A stretch of DNA of 64,000 nucleotides from Candidatus Multivorans sp. (GCA_965224025.1 OZ245033.1:3104001-3168000); one strand, 5' to 3'. Positions 1-10,202 are shown, counted from the first letter of the stretch. Numbers and translations: made by a program. Notes: generated by a model from the letters alone, not told the origin.

Positions 1-636
1 TTCGCGATGGTCATGACCCTGATGCTGATCAGCCGGGTCGTGTTCAAGATGGAGGACATCATCACGATGCGCCACCTCGAGAACATGGCCAAGATCATGC
101 TGCTGACCGGGTCGATGGTCGGCTATGCGTACGGCATCGAGATGTTCATTTCCTGGTACAGCGGCAACCCCTACGAGCAGTTTGCCTTCGCCAACCGGGC
201 CTTGGGGCCCTACGCCTGGGCCTACTGGATCATGGTGAGCTGCAACGTGATCACGCCGCAGTTGTTCTGGTTCAAGAAGCTGCGCAACCACATCGGCTGG
301 CTGTTCATCTCGTCGATCCTGATCAACATCGGCATGTGGTTCGAGCGGTTCGTGATCGTCGCCTCGTCGCTCCACCGCGACTTCCTCCCCGCGAGCTGGG
401 ACTACTACCAGGCGACGTTCTGGGACTTCGCGTCGCTGATCGGCAGCTTCGGCCTGTTCTTCACCATGTTCTGCCTGTTCGCCCGCTTCCTGCCCATGGT
501 GGCGACCGCCGAGGTCAAGACCGTGCTGCCGGAGGCGGATCCGCATCAGGGAGAGGAACTGGTGCGGGTCGTGCGGGGCGGTTCCGAGGCGGAGGCGGTG
601 CCCCAGCCGGCGCCGGCCGGAGGGGGAGGGGCCTGA
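1..636 (+). CDS. actC: Alternative complex III subunit ActC (NrfD/polysulfide reductase family), 5'-truncated by window edge
   Basis: Multi-TM protein with [22 protein letters not shown] motif; followed by DUF3341 and ActF-like genes. Confidence 0.88.
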   Translation, partial: FAMVMTLMLISRVVFKMEDIITMRHLENMAKIMLLTGSMVGYAYGIEMFISWYSGNPYEQFAFANRALGPYAWAYWIMVSCNVITPQLFWFKKLRNHIGWLFISSILINIGMWFERFVIVASSLHRDFLPASWDYYQATFWDFASLIGSFGLFFTMFCLFARFLPMVATAEVKTVLPEADPHQGEELVRVVRGGSEAEAVPQPAPAGGGGA

Positions 637-637
637 A

Positions 638-1249
638 ATGGGTTTGATGCAACTCGACGTTCCCGAGGCGTCCGGCGGCTACAGCCACTACGGCGTGCTG
701 GCACGCTTCAGGACCGCCAAGGCGCTTTACCGCGCCTGCGAGGCGGTCAGAGACGCCGGCTACTCGAAGTGGGACGCGCTGACCCCCTTCCCCGTCCACG
801 GCCTGGATAAGGCGATGGGGCTCAAGCCGTCCAAGCTGCCCTTCCTGGTGCTGGCGACCGGCCTGACAGGCGCCGGGGCAGGGTTCGGCCTCCAGAGCTG
901 GGTCCACGTCATGGCCTATCCGCTGATCATCAGCGGCAAGCCGCTCTTCACCTGGCCGGCGTTCGTGCCGGTGACCTTCGAGCTCGGCGTGCTCGGCGCC
1001 GCGCTGGGGGCCGTGCTCGGCATGTTCGCGTTCAACAAGCTGCCGACGTACCACCATCCGCTGTTCCGCTCCGAGACCTTCGCGCGGGTCACCGATGACG
1101 GTCTGTTCATCGCCATCGAGGCGTGGGATCCGAAGTACGACGATCAGGCGACGGCGGAGTTCCTGAGCGGTCTGGGCGCGGTGGAGGTAGAGCATGTGCC
1201 GATCGAGGATCCGCCGGACGACGGCGCCGGCGGCGAGGACGCCCGATGA
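638..1249 (+). CDS. actD: Alternative complex III subunit ActD (DUF3341)
   Basis: TPFPVHGLDKAMG and GKPLFTWPAFVPVTFELGVL motifs; two TM helices; directly after actC. Confidence 0.88.
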   Translation: MGLMQLDVPEASGGYSHYGVLARFRTAKALYRACEAVRDAGYSKWDALTPFPVHGLDKAMGLKPSKLPFLVLATGLTGAGAGFGLQSWVHVMAYPLIISGKPLFTWPAFVPVTFELGVLGAALGAVLGMFAFNKLPTYHHPLFRSETFARVTDDGLFIAIEAWDPKYDDQATAEFLSGLGAVEVEHVPIEDPPDDGAGGEDAR

Positions 1250-2466
1250 GTCACGGACCCCGCATCGTCCACCTGGATCAGCTCGTGATCCGCCCGGGCA
1301 GCACGTGGGCGCGCCTGCCGCTCATCGCCGGCGCGGTCGGGGTTGTGTTCGCTGCGGTCTCCGTGGTGATGGCAATGGGGTCCGAGGACAACGCGAAGCA
1401 GTTCTTCCACTCGTGGCTGGTTGCGGTCGTCTTCTTCCTCGGCATCGGTCTCGGCAGCTTGTTCTTCATCCTCATCCATCACGCCACCAGGGCGGGTTGG
1501 GGCGTCGTCGTGCGGCGTCTGGCCGAGAACCTGGCGTGCGCGGTGCCCCTGCTGGCGGTTCTGTTCATACCGATCGCCGTGTTCGGGATGCACGACCTGT
1601 TCCACTGGACCCACAGCGACGCCGTGGCGCATGACCGCCTGCTCCAGGTCAAGGAACCCTGGCTCAATGAGGGCGGCTTCTGGATCCGAGCCGTCGTCTA
1701 CTTCGCCGTCTGGACCGGGCTGGCGCTCTTCTTCCGGAACTCGTCGCGGCGGCAGGACGCGAGCGGCGACGAGGCTCTGTCCCGGCGCATGGCTCGGTTC
1801 AGTCCGCCGGCTATCGCCCTTTTCGCTCTGACCCTGACCTTTGCCGGCTTCGACTGGCTCATGTCGCTCGATCCGCACTGGTATTCGACGATGTTCGGCG
1901 TGTACTTCTTCGCCGGCACGATCGTCGCCGCCTTCGCCGGGCTTACCGTTCTCACCCTGGCGCTCGACTTCGCCGGCTACTTCCGGGGCGTGATCACCGG
2001 CGAGCACCTGCACGACCTCGGCAAGCTGCTGTTCGCCTTCACGGTGTTCTGGGCCTACATCGCCTTCAGTCAGTTCTTCCTGATCTGGTACGCGAACATC
2101 CCGGAAGAGACAGGCTGGTTCCTGCACCGCCTGGAGGGGAGCTGGCGGCCGGCGACGATGGCGCTGGCCATCGGCCACTTCGCCATCCCCTTCTTTTTCC
2201 TCATGCCGCGGACGTTCAAGCGCAACCGTGTGCTGCTGCTGCTCGGCGCCCTGTGGATGCTGGCGATGCATCTTTGGGACATCTACTGGCTGGTGATGCC
2301 GAACCTGCACCATGAGGGCGTGAGCTTTGCGTTGCTCGACGTCACGTCGATCATCGGCGTCGGCGGACTGTTCGTGGCGCTCGTGGCGTGGCTCCTGGGC
2401 CGCGGCGCGCTGCTGCCGACTCGCGATCCGCGCCTGGTCGAGTCGCTGGCCTTCGAGAACATCTGA
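1246..2466 (+). CDS. actF: Alternative complex III subunit ActF (quinol:cytochrome c oxidoreductase membrane subunit)
   Basis: ATG 1246 overlaps actD stop (ATGA); DWLMSLDPHWYSTMFG, HLHDLGKLLFAF and FSQFFLIWYANIPEE motifs. Confidence 0.88.
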   Translation: MSHGPRIVHLDQLVIRPGSTWARLPLIAGAVGVVFAAVSVVMAMGSEDNAKQFFHSWLVAVVFFLGIGLGSLFFILIHHATRAGWGVVVRRLAENLACAVPLLAVLFIPIAVFGMHDLFHWTHSDAVAHDRLLQVKEPWLNEGGFWIRAVVYFAVWTGLALFFRNSSRRQDASGDEALSRRMARFSPPAIALFALTLTFAGFDWLMSLDPHWYSTMFGVYFFAGTIVAAFAGLTVLTLALDFAGYFRGVITGEHLHDLGKLLFAFTVFWAYIAFSQFFLIWYANIPEETGWFLHRLEGSWRPATMALAIGHFAIPFFFLMPRTFKRNRVLLLLGALWMLAMHLWDIYWLVMPNLHHEGVSFALLDVTSIIGVGGLFVALVAWLLGRGALLPTRDPRLVESLAFENI

Positions 2467-2677
2467 CGACCCGAAGGCGCGGGCCGCCGCGCCACCGATC
2501 CGTCTTGTTCCGCGCCCCGGTCCTTGCTACGCTGCCCCCGCTCCAGGAGAAGTCCTGCATCTGAATAGATTCATCCGGCGGTCGCCACGCGCCATGCCGT
2601 CATGGGAAACGCGCGGGCAGGTAGCCGGCCTCCGGTTCATCAACCTCTACATCACCTCCCTGTCAAGGAGCATCGAC

Positions 2678-3403
2678 ATGATTCCGAAGCAGACGATCCG
2701 CGTCTGTGCCGTTCTTCTCGCCATCGCCTTGGCCTCGTCCTCGGTCGTTCTCGGCGGCACGATTGCGGGCAAGATCACCTATGACGGCCAGGTGCCGAAC
2801 TTTCGCCCTTTGAGGATGGACGCCGATCCCAAGTGCGCGGCGAAGCACAGCGGCGCGGTCAAGCCCGAAATGCTGGTGCTGGGCGACAACAACGCTCTCG
2901 CCAACGTGTTCGTCTCAGTGACCGGTGGTCTCGAGGACAAGGACTTCGATCCGCCCTCCGAGCCCGTCGTCATGGACCAGAACGGCTGCATTTACACGCC
3001 GCACGTGATGGGCGTGCAAGTCGGGCAGCAGTTCAAGGTCAAGAACTCGGATGGCCTGCTCCACAACGTCCACTCGCTGTCGAAGGACAACCCCCCCTTC
3101 AACCGGGCGATGCCGGCCAACGTGACCGAGGCCGACTACAGCTTCGCGAAGACGGAGCGGTTCCGGATCAAGTGCGACGTCCATCCCTGGATGGGTTCCT
3201 TCGTGACGGTCGTCGACCATCCCTTCTACTCCATCACCGGCACGGACGGCACCTTCAAGATCGAGGGGCTGCCGGCAGGTACCTACACCATTGAAGCGCA
3301 ACACGAAGTCGAGGGATTCGGCGACGGTGGCATCTACAGGGCGGAAGTCACCGTTGGTGCGAGCGACACGGTCACGCAGGACTTCGTGTTTGTGAGGCCG
3401 TAG
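2678..3403 (+). CDS. Exported cupredoxin-like / carboxypeptidase-regulatory-like domain protein
   Basis: AAGGAG RBS before ATG 2678; signal peptide; MDQNGCIYTPHV, HNVH and KCDVHPWM motifs; C-terminal TDGTFKIEGLPAGTY beta-sandwich. Confidence 0.75.
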   Translation: MIPKQTIRVCAVLLAIALASSSVVLGGTIAGKITYDGQVPNFRPLRMDADPKCAAKHSGAVKPEMLVLGDNNALANVFVSVTGGLEDKDFDPPSEPVVMDQNGCIYTPHVMGVQVGQQFKVKNSDGLLHNVHSLSKDNPPFNRAMPANVTEADYSFAKTERFRIKCDVHPWMGSFVTVVDHPFYSITGTDGTFKIEGLPAGTYTIEAQHEVEGFGDGGIYRAEVTVGASDTVTQDFVFVRP

Positions 3404-3463
3404 CCGGGTCGTACCGCCGGGTCGAAGAGTCAAAATACCAGGATCAGGAAAGGAGCGGCGTCC

Positions 3464-5221
3464 ATGGCGGAGCCCGTTCACGCTTCACCCGCACACGAAG
3501 AGCATCACCACGAGCAGAGCTTCTGGCGGAAGTTCATCTTCTCGACCGATCACAAGGTGATCGGCGTCCAGTACTCCGTTACTGGTCTGGCGTTCCTGTT
3601 CTTCGGGTTCTGTCTGATGATGATCATGCGCTGGCAGCTCGCCTATCCGGGCGAGCCGATCCCATTGATCGGCTCGCTCCTGGGCGAGAACCGGGCGCCG
3701 GGCGGCATCATGCTGCCGGACTTCTACAACGAGCTCGGCGCCATGCACGGCACGATCATGGTGTTCCTGGGCGTCGTGCCCCTGGCGGTCGGCGGCTTCG
3801 GCAACTTCGTGATGCCGCTGCAGCTCGGCGCGCCGGACATGGCGTTCCCGCGGATCAACATGATCAGTTACTGGTCCCTGTTCATGGGCGGCGTGACGAT
3901 GTTCGCCAGCTTCTTCCTGCCCAACGGCGCGGCTGGCAACGGATGGACCTCCTACTCGCCGCTCGCGGACATCGCCCTGAACGGCCAGACGGCGTGGCTC
4001 ATCGGGATGATCTTCCTGATCACGTCGTCCCTGCTCGGCGCGATCAACTTCATTACCACCGCGATCCAGCTCCGGGCGCCCGGCATGACCTGGATGCGCC
4101 TGCCGTTCTTCTGCTGGGCCCAGATCGTCACCGCCTTCCTGCTGCTGCTCGCCTTCCCGCCGCTCGAGGCCGCGGGCGTGCTGCAGTTGATGGACCGGGT
4201 CGCTTCAACCAGCTTCTTCCTGCCCGACGGCCTGGTGGTCGGCGGCGAGGTGCTGGAGATCAGCGGCGGCGGCAGCCCGCTGCTCTGGCAGCACCTGTTC
4301 TGGTTCCTGGCCCATCCGGAGGTCTACGTCCTGATTCTGCCGGCGATGGGCATCGTCGCCGAGGTCATCGCGAACAACTCGCGCAAGCCGCTCTGGGGCT
4401 ACCGGTCCATGGTCTATTCGCTGATCTTCCTCGGCTTCATGAGCTTCATCGTCTGGGCGCACCACATGTTCATCACCGGCATGGGGTCGGTGATGTCCAC
4501 CTTCTTCCAGACCACGACGATGATCATCTCGATCCCATCGGTAATCATCCTGAGCGCGCTGTTCATCTCGCTGTGGGGCGGCTCCATCCGCTACAACACG
4601 CCGATGCTGTTCGCGCTCGGATTCCTGCCGATGTTCGGCATCGGAGGGCTGACCGGGCTGCCGCTCGGGCTCTCGGCGGCGGACATCCCGCTGCACGACA
4701 CGTACTACGTGATCGGGCATTTCCACTACGTGGTCGCGCCGGGGACCTTGTTCGCGCTGTTCGCCGGCGTCTACTACTGGTTCCCGAAGGTCACGGGACG
4801 GAAGATGAACGAATTCCTGGGCAAGCTCCACTTCTGGCCCTCGCTGATCTTCATGAACGGCGTGTTCTTCCCGATGATGATCCAGGGCCTGAACGGCGTT
4901 TCCCGGCGGCTGGCGGACGGCGGCATCACCTACGACTTCGCGGGCGAGGTGGCCGGTCTGAACCGGATGATGTCGGTCTCGGCCTGGTGTCTGGCGGTGG
5001 CTCAGATTCCGTTCATCATCAACTTCTTCATCAGCATCCGGAACGGCGAGAAGGCCGGCCGCAACCCCTGGAACTCGACCACGGTCGAGTGGTTGGCGCC
5101 CTCGCCGGCGCCGCACGGCAACTTCGATCAGCCGATCGAGGTCGTGCGCGGGCCGTACGAGTACAGCGTCCCGGGTAGCGACAAGGACTACGTCCCACAG
5201 GCCGAACCGGCCTCAACCTGA
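3464..5221 (+). CDS. ctaD: Cytochrome c oxidase subunit I (A-type heme-copper oxidase)
   Basis: STDHKVIG, HGTIM, PDMAFPRIN, HPEVY, WAHHM and HDTYYVIGHFHY motifs. Confidence 0.96.
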   Translation: MAEPVHASPAHEEHHHEQSFWRKFIFSTDHKVIGVQYSVTGLAFLFFGFCLMMIMRWQLAYPGEPIPLIGSLLGENRAPGGIMLPDFYNELGAMHGTIMVFLGVVPLAVGGFGNFVMPLQLGAPDMAFPRINMISYWSLFMGGVTMFASFFLPNGAAGNGWTSYSPLADIALNGQTAWLIGMIFLITSSLLGAINFITTAIQLRAPGMTWMRLPFFCWAQIVTAFLLLLAFPPLEAAGVLQLMDRVASTSFFLPDGLVVGGEVLEISGGGSPLLWQHLFWFLAHPEVYVLILPAMGIVAEVIANNSRKPLWGYRSMVYSLIFLGFMSFIVWAHHMFITGMGSVMSTFFQTTTMIISIPSVIILSALFISLWGGSIRYNTPMLFALGFLPMFGIGGLTGLPLGLSAADIPLHDTYYVIGHFHYVVAPGTLFALFAGVYYWFPKVTGRKMNEFLGKLHFWPSLIFMNGVFFPMMIQGLNGVSRRLADGGITYDFAGEVAGLNRMMSVSAWCLAVAQIPFIINFFISIRNGEKAGRNPWNSTTVEWLAPSPAPHGNFDQPIEVVRGPYEYSVPGSDKDYVPQAEPAST

Positions 5222-5241
5222 CCGTTCGAGGACCTGAAGAG

Positions 5242-5841
5242 ATGGAAATCCCCTACACGGTAGAAGCCCACCCCGAAACGGGCCTCAACAACGGCAAGAT
5301 CGGGATCTGGCTGTTCCTGACCTCGGAGGTCATGCTGTTCGGTGCGCTGTTCGCGACCTTCATCATGCTCCGTCTGGGGTCGGACGGGCACTGGGCGGAG
5401 ATGCAGGCCGAGGCGGAGTTGAACATCCCCCTGGCCACGCTGAACACCGCCGTGCTGATCGCCTCAAGTCTGACGATGGTCATGGCCTGGGCGTCCCTGA
5501 TGCGCGGGCAGTTGGGTCGCTTCCGCCTGTTCGGTTGGCTGACCGTCGGTTGCGGCGGCGTCTTCCTGGTCATCAAGTACTTCGAGTACACGGCGAAATT
5601 CGCGCACGACCACTTCCCGGAGTCGAACACCTTCCTCGCCATCTACTTCACGATGACGGGCCTGCACGCCCTGCACGTGATCGGCGGCATGGCCTGGAAC
5701 GCCTACTTCACCGGTCCGGGGTCGAAGCTGTTTCATACGAAGAGGCAGTGGCTGACCGACCGGGTCGAGCACTCGGGTCTGTTCTGGCACTTCGTCGACC
5801 TGGTCTGGATCTTCCTCTTCCCCGTCTTCTACCTGCTGTAG
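5242..5841 (+). CDS. ctaE: Cytochrome c oxidase subunit III
   Basis: WLFLTSEVMLF, TGLHALHV and WHFVDLVWIFLF motifs. Confidence 0.93.
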   Translation: MEIPYTVEAHPETGLNNGKIGIWLFLTSEVMLFGALFATFIMLRLGSDGHWAEMQAEAELNIPLATLNTAVLIASSLTMVMAWASLMRGQLGRFRLFGWLTVGCGGVFLVIKYFEYTAKFAHDHFPESNTFLAIYFTMTGLHALHVIGGMAWNAYFTGPGSKLFHTKRQWLTDRVEHSGLFWHFVDLVWIFLFPVFYLL

Positions 5842-5890
5842 TGGGCGCCTCCGCCCTGAGCCCTGGTTTCCCTGGAGTGAGTCGCATCCC

Positions 5891-6220
5891 ATGAGTGAAC
5901 ACGTCGATATCGACAAGCACGTTCGTACGTACCTCCTGGTGTTCGGCGCCCTGATGGTGGGCACCTTGATCACCGTAGGAGCGTCGTACCTTGACGTCCC
6001 GGTCTCGCTGGCCATCACCATCGGCTTGTTCATCGCCAGCGTCAAGGCGACCCTGGTCGCCTGCTTCTTCATGCACCTGATCGACGAGAAGAAGGTGATC
6101 TACTGGGCCCTGGCGTTAACGGCGGCGTTCTTCATCGCCCTGATGGCGCTGCCCCTCCTGACCTCGGTGATCGACCAGGCCGGGGAATTCGCGCCAGGCG
6201 GAGCGCCCGCGCCGCACTGA
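5891..6220 (+). CDS. ctaF: Cytochrome c oxidase subunit IV family protein
   Basis: Three TM helices, IASVKATLVACFFMHL motif, operon position. Confidence 0.85.
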   Translation: MSEHVDIDKHVRTYLLVFGALMVGTLITVGASYLDVPVSLAITIGLFIASVKATLVACFFMHLIDEKKVIYWALALTAAFFIALMALPLLTSVIDQAGEFAPGGAPAPH

Positions 6221-6227
6221 TCCAGCC

Positions 6228-6713
6228 ATGAACCTGAAGGTCATCCACATCGTCTTCGTGGGCAGCGCCGTTCTGCTGGCGCTGTTCTTCGGAGGCTGGT
6301 GCCTGGCGCAGGGCGCCGGGTTCCTCGCGCTCGGTGTGGCTTCCTTCGTTGTCGCGGCGGCGCTGGTGGTGTACGGCGTTTGGTTCTGGCGCAAGATCAC
6401 GACCCCCGAAGAGGAGTGGAATCGCCGCCGCAAGCTCTTCCGCACCGTGCCCGTGGTGGTTGGCCTGTGGCTGTTCGGGTCCGAGCAGGCGGCCTGGGCC
6501 TGCTCCGTCTGCTACGGCGCCGCGGAAGGCTCGATGATCGACGCCGCCCGGGCCGGTGTGTGGTTCCTGCTCGGCGCGGTGCTCGTGATGCAGGCCGCCT
6601 TCGTACTCTTCTTTCTCTATCTCCGGCGCCGCGCGCGTCGTTTCCGCGAAGACTCTCAAAGAGACCCGGTGCCGCCCTGGTGGAGCACGGTTGAGGAGCC
6701 TCTCAAATCTTGA
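6228..6713 (+). CDS. Oxidase-associated membrane protein with CxxC (ACSVCYG) motif
   Basis: Hydrophobic ORF between subunits IV and II; CSVC followed by a TM helix. Confidence 0.6.
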   Translation: MNLKVIHIVFVGSAVLLALFFGGWCLAQGAGFLALGVASFVVAAALVVYGVWFWRKITTPEEEWNRRRKLFRTVPVVVGLWLFGSEQAAWACSVCYGAAEGSMIDAARAGVWFLLGAVLVMQAAFVLFFLYLRRRARRFREDSQRDPVPPWWSTVEEPLKS

Positions 6714-6795
6714 TGGCAGCGAGTCGCCCGGCGTTCCGCCGCGGCAGTGTCCGCAGTCCCACCTTGTTGACGGCAGTTGAGGAGCCAATCGAACC

Positions 6796-7596
6796 ATGAT
6801 GGATGCCATGTTCCCGGCGGCCGCTTCGGCCCACGCCGGCGATATCGACACGATGATCGACGCGGTGCATTACCTGATGCTCGTCCTGTTCGTTGCGTGG
6901 GGGGCCTTCTTTCTCTACACGCTGATGCGCTTCCGCGCCGCTCGCAACCCGAAGGCGGACTACGTCGGCGTCAAGAGCAAGGCCAGCACGGTGGGAGAGG
7001 TCCTGGTCGCCATCGCCGAAGGGATTCTGCTCCTCGGCTTCTCCATCCCGATGTGGGCGGACCGTGTCGACGAAGTGCCGCCGGAGGCGGACTCGACCGT
7101 GGTTCGCGTCGTCGCGCAGCAGTTCGCCTGGAACGTCTGGTATCCGGGCGCCGACGGAGTGTTCGGAGACGCGGACCCGCACCTGACCGACGAGGCGACC
7201 AATCCGATCGGCCTGGACCGCGACGGGGCGGGCGCCGACGACATCTGGACCGTCAACCAGTTGCACCTTCCGGTGGACAAGGCGGCGATCATCCATCTTC
7301 GGTCCAAGGACGTGATCCACAGCTTCAACCTGCCGAACATGCGGATCAAGCAGGACGCGATCCCGGGTCTCTCGATTCCGGTCTGGTTCATTCCGACCAA
7401 GACGACGACTCAGATCCGCGAGGAGGTCGGCAATCCCGACTACGTCTACGAGATCGCCTGCGCCCAGCTCTGCGGCAACAGCCACTACTCGATGCGCGGC
7501 TTCCTGACCGTGCACACCGAGGAGGAGTTCCAAGCCTGGCTCGACGAGGAGGCATCCTACCTCGGCGGCGGCGAGGAAGACGACTTCTTCAACTAG
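6796..7596 (+). CDS. ctaC: Cytochrome c oxidase subunit II (CuA), no fused cytochrome c
   Basis: Two TM helices; QFAW; DVIHSF and CAQLCGNSHYSM CuA ligands; GAGGAG RBS. Confidence 0.93.
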   Translation: MMDAMFPAAASAHAGDIDTMIDAVHYLMLVLFVAWGAFFLYTLMRFRAARNPKADYVGVKSKASTVGEVLVAIAEGILLLGFSIPMWADRVDEVPPEADSTVVRVVAQQFAWNVWYPGADGVFGDADPHLTDEATNPIGLDRDGAGADDIWTVNQLHLPVDKAAIIHLRSKDVIHSFNLPNMRIKQDAIPGLSIPVWFIPTKTTTQIREEVGNPDYVYEIACAQLCGNSHYSMRGFLTVHTEEEFQAWLDEEASYLGGGEEDDFFN

Positions 7597-7613
7597 GCAT
7601 CGAGTCGCGGCGT

Positions 7614-7646
7614 CCGGATGCGGGCGAGACGCCCGCGTTCCCAGGG
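7614..7646 (-). repeat. REP-like palindromic element, copy 1 (intergenic)
   Basis: Reverse complement reads CCCTGGGAACGCGGGCGTCTCGCCCGCATCCGG; internal stem GCGGGCG-TCT-CGCCCGC. Confidence 0.8.
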
Positions 7647-7740
7647 GCTTGCTCCATGCAAGCGTTCCTGGAGCCGTGACCCTCACGTTCGACGGGAGTC
7701 CCTTGGCCCTGCGCTTGCCGCTGGGTGTACGCTCAGGGCG

Positions 7741-9135
7741 ATGAGTGGGTGGATTCCCCAGTGGGGCCGCCGCGAGTTGCTGAAGGCGGCTTGGGTGGGG
7801 CCGGCGGCGGCCGCTGCGGCCTTGCGCGCCGGCGCCGCGGCGAGACAGGAACCTGGCGGCGCGCCGGTCGCGTCGCCGGCCGACGACACGGCCGCCGAGG
7901 CGTACCGTGGCGGGTTCGCCGCGCCACCGCTCGAGCGCGTGCGGATCGGCTTCGTCGGCGTCGGCCTGCAGGGCGGCGGCCACGTGCGGAACTTCTTGGC
8001 GCTCGACGGGGTCGACATCGTCGCGATCTGCGACATCGACGAGTCGCGAGCCGAGGAGGTCGCGTTGTGGGTGGTCGACGCCGAGAAGGAGCCGCCGGAT
8101 CTCTACACGCGCGGCGAGACGGACTTCAAGCGCCTGTGCGAGCGCGATGACGTCGACCTGGTGTTCAACGCGACGCCCTGGCGGTGGCACGTGCCGGTTT
8201 GCGTCGAGGCGATGGAGACCGGCAAGCACGCGGCGGTCGAAGTGCCGGCCGCGATCACGGTCGAGGGGTGCTGGCGGCTGGTCGAAACCGCGGAACGCAC
8301 GGCGCGCCACTGCGTGATGATGGAGAACTGCAACTACGGCCGCAGCGAGATGATGGTGCTCAACATGGTGCGCCAGGGGCTGCTCGGCGAGCTCCTGCAC
8401 GGCGAGGCGGCCTACATCCACGACCTGCGGTCGATCAAGTTCTCCGATGCGAACGAGGGCCTGTGGCGACTCCAGCACTCTCTCGAGCGGAACGCCAACC
8501 TGTATCCGACTCATGGCCTCGGGCCGGTGGCCCAGTGCATGGACATCAACCGCGGCGACTGCTTCGACTACCTCGTGTCGTTGTCGAGTCCGGCGCGCGG
8601 CCTGGCCCGCTACGCGGAGGAGCGCTTCGGCGCCGACGACCCGCGGGCCAAGGTCCGCTACGCCCTCGGCGACATGAACTCCAGCCTGCTCCGGACCCGC
8701 CGCGGGCGCAGCATCCTGCTGCAGCACGATACGACGACGCCGCGGCCGTACAGCCGTCTGAACCTGGTTCAGGGCACAAGCGGCGTGTTCGCGGGTTTCC
8801 CGGACCGCATCTTCATCGAGGGCGAGGCCGAGGGGCACGACTGGAGCGACGTCGAGCCCTACCGCGAGCGGTTCGAGCACCCGCTTTGGGCGGCGCAGGC
8901 GGACGATGCCGAGGGCGCCGGCCACGGCGGCATGGACTACCTGGAGGACTACCGCCTCGTGCGCTGCCTGCTCGACGGCACGCCGACCGACATGGATGTC
9001 TACGATGCGGCCGCGCTGTCGGCGCCGGTCGAGTTGAGCGAACTCTCGGTGGCGCGGGGCAGTGAGCCGGTCGAGTTCCCGGACTTCACCCGCGGCGCCT
9101 ACCGGACGCGGCCGCCGCTGGGCATCGTGGCCTGA
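7741..9135 (+). CDS. Tat-exported Gfo/Idh/MocA oxidoreductase, GH109 (alpha-N-acetylgalactosaminidase-like)
   Basis: GRRELLK twin-arginine leader; RIGFVGVGLQG Rossmann motif; EVPAA, MMENCNY, YPTHGLGP and GHGGMD motifs. Confidence 0.85.
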   Translation: MSGWIPQWGRRELLKAAWVGPAAAAAALRAGAAARQEPGGAPVASPADDTAAEAYRGGFAAPPLERVRIGFVGVGLQGGGHVRNFLALDGVDIVAICDIDESRAEEVALWVVDAEKEPPDLYTRGETDFKRLCERDDVDLVFNATPWRWHVPVCVEAMETGKHAAVEVPAAITVEGCWRLVETAERTARHCVMMENCNYGRSEMMVLNMVRQGLLGELLHGEAAYIHDLRSIKFSDANEGLWRLQHSLERNANLYPTHGLGPVAQCMDINRGDCFDYLVSLSSPARGLARYAEERFGADDPRAKVRYALGDMNSSLLRTRRGRSILLQHDTTTPRPYSRLNLVQGTSGVFAGFPDRIFIEGEAEGHDWSDVEPYRERFEHPLWAAQADDAEGAGHGGMDYLEDYRLVRCLLDGTPTDMDVYDAAALSAPVELSELSVARGSEPVEFPDFTRGAYRTRPPLGIVA

Positions 9136-9152
9136 TCCGTGGGGATTGTGGC

Positions 9153-10202
9153 CTGAGAGTCGCCTATCTCCTGCCCGGCGCCGCTCTCTACGGCGGTGTC
9201 AAGGTTGTGTTCCAGCACGCCCGGGCTCTGCGGCGGCTCGGCGTCGAGGTCACGGTCCATTCGCCGGATCGCTGCCCGGACTGGTTCGACGGCACCGACG
9301 CGTTCTACCGGCAGGTTTCGGCGCTTGAGGGCCGTTTCCTGCCCCGAGTCGAGGTCGCGGTCGGCACGCTGGCGCCGACGGTCGCCCCGGCGATCGAGAC
9401 CGCCGAACGGCTAGCCTGCCACCTGTGCCAGGGGTACGAGCCGGGTCACGACACGCTGAAGCAGGCGGCGCGCAACGCGATGCGTGCGGCCTACGACCTG
9501 CCGGCACTCAAGCTGGCGGTCTCGCCGCACCTGGTTCGCACGCTGCGCGATCGGCACGGCGTGGCGGCGCGTTGGATACCGCAGCCCTTCGAGCCGGACC
9601 TGTTCCGGCCGCCGGAGCGGGAACGTGCCGACGACCGTCGGTTGCGCGTGCTGGTGAGCGGGCACTGGGCTCTCGAGGTCAAGGGCGTGGCCTGGTGCCT
9701 GCGCGCGCTTCGGCCTCTGTTCGAGCAGAGCGGGGGAAGACTTGAACTGGTCCGTCTGTCGCTCGACGCGGACGCCGAGGAACTGGCCTTCTGGCCCGAG
9801 GCGGATCGGCGGCGCCATGTCCCACCGCGTGAAGTGCCGGCGCTGTTGCGGGACGTCGATCTCTGCATCGGCCCGTCTTCGCCGCTCGAGGGCTTCGGTC
9901 TGATCGCGCTCGAGGCGATGGGCTGCGGCCGCGCGTGCGTCTTGACCGACATTCCTTCTCACCGCGACCTCGACTCGGAGGACCGGGCCTCGATCAAGGT
10001 GCCGTTTGGCGACGGGGCTGCCCTTCGCGCGGCGGTCGAACGCCTGTGGCGGGACCGGGAAGTGCGGCACCGGCTGGGCGCGGGCGGTCGCGCCGTCGCC
10101 GAGACGTACACCGAGCGACGGACGGCCGAAGCGCTGGTGGACGCCTTCCGGCACGGTCTCGCGACGGAGCGGCCGGTCGGTCAAACGAAGATCGACACGT
10201 AG
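9153..10202 (+). CDS. Glycosyltransferase family 4 (start uncertain, possibly CTG at 9153)
   Basis: LRVAYLLPGAALYGGVKVVFQHA N-terminus; EGFGLIALEAMGCG (E-x7-E) motif. Confidence 0.85.
   Translation: MRVAYLLPGAALYGGVKVVFQHARALRRLGVEVTVHSPDRCPDWFDGTDAFYRQVSALEGRFLPRVEVAVGTLAPTVAPAIETAERLACHLCQGYEPGHDTLKQAARNAMRAAYDLPALKLAVSPHLVRTLRDRHGVAARWIPQPFEPDLFRPPERERADDRRLRVLVSGHWALEVKGVAWCLRALRPLFEQSGGRLELVRLSLDADAEELAFWPEADRRRHVPPREVPALLRDVDLCIGPSSPLEGFGLIALEAMGCGRACVLTDIPSHRDLDSEDRASIKVPFGDGAALRAAVERLWRDREVRHRLGAGGRAVAETYTERRTAEALVDAFRHGLATERPVGQTKIDT

Noticed and set aside
6690-6786. 11-bp direct repeat GTTGAGGAGCC flanking the ctaC upstream region
   Set aside because: Short and includes the RBS; no element features between the copies, so chance or a trivial duplication is sufficient
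6703-8925. 740-aa minus-strand ORF (likewise 15311-17443, 18881-20836, 43717-47178, 49064-51022, 53735-55561 and 62169-63911 on minus; 59203-61041 on plus)
   Set aside because: Antisense shadows of well-supported genes, expected in high-GC DNA; no recognisable motifs
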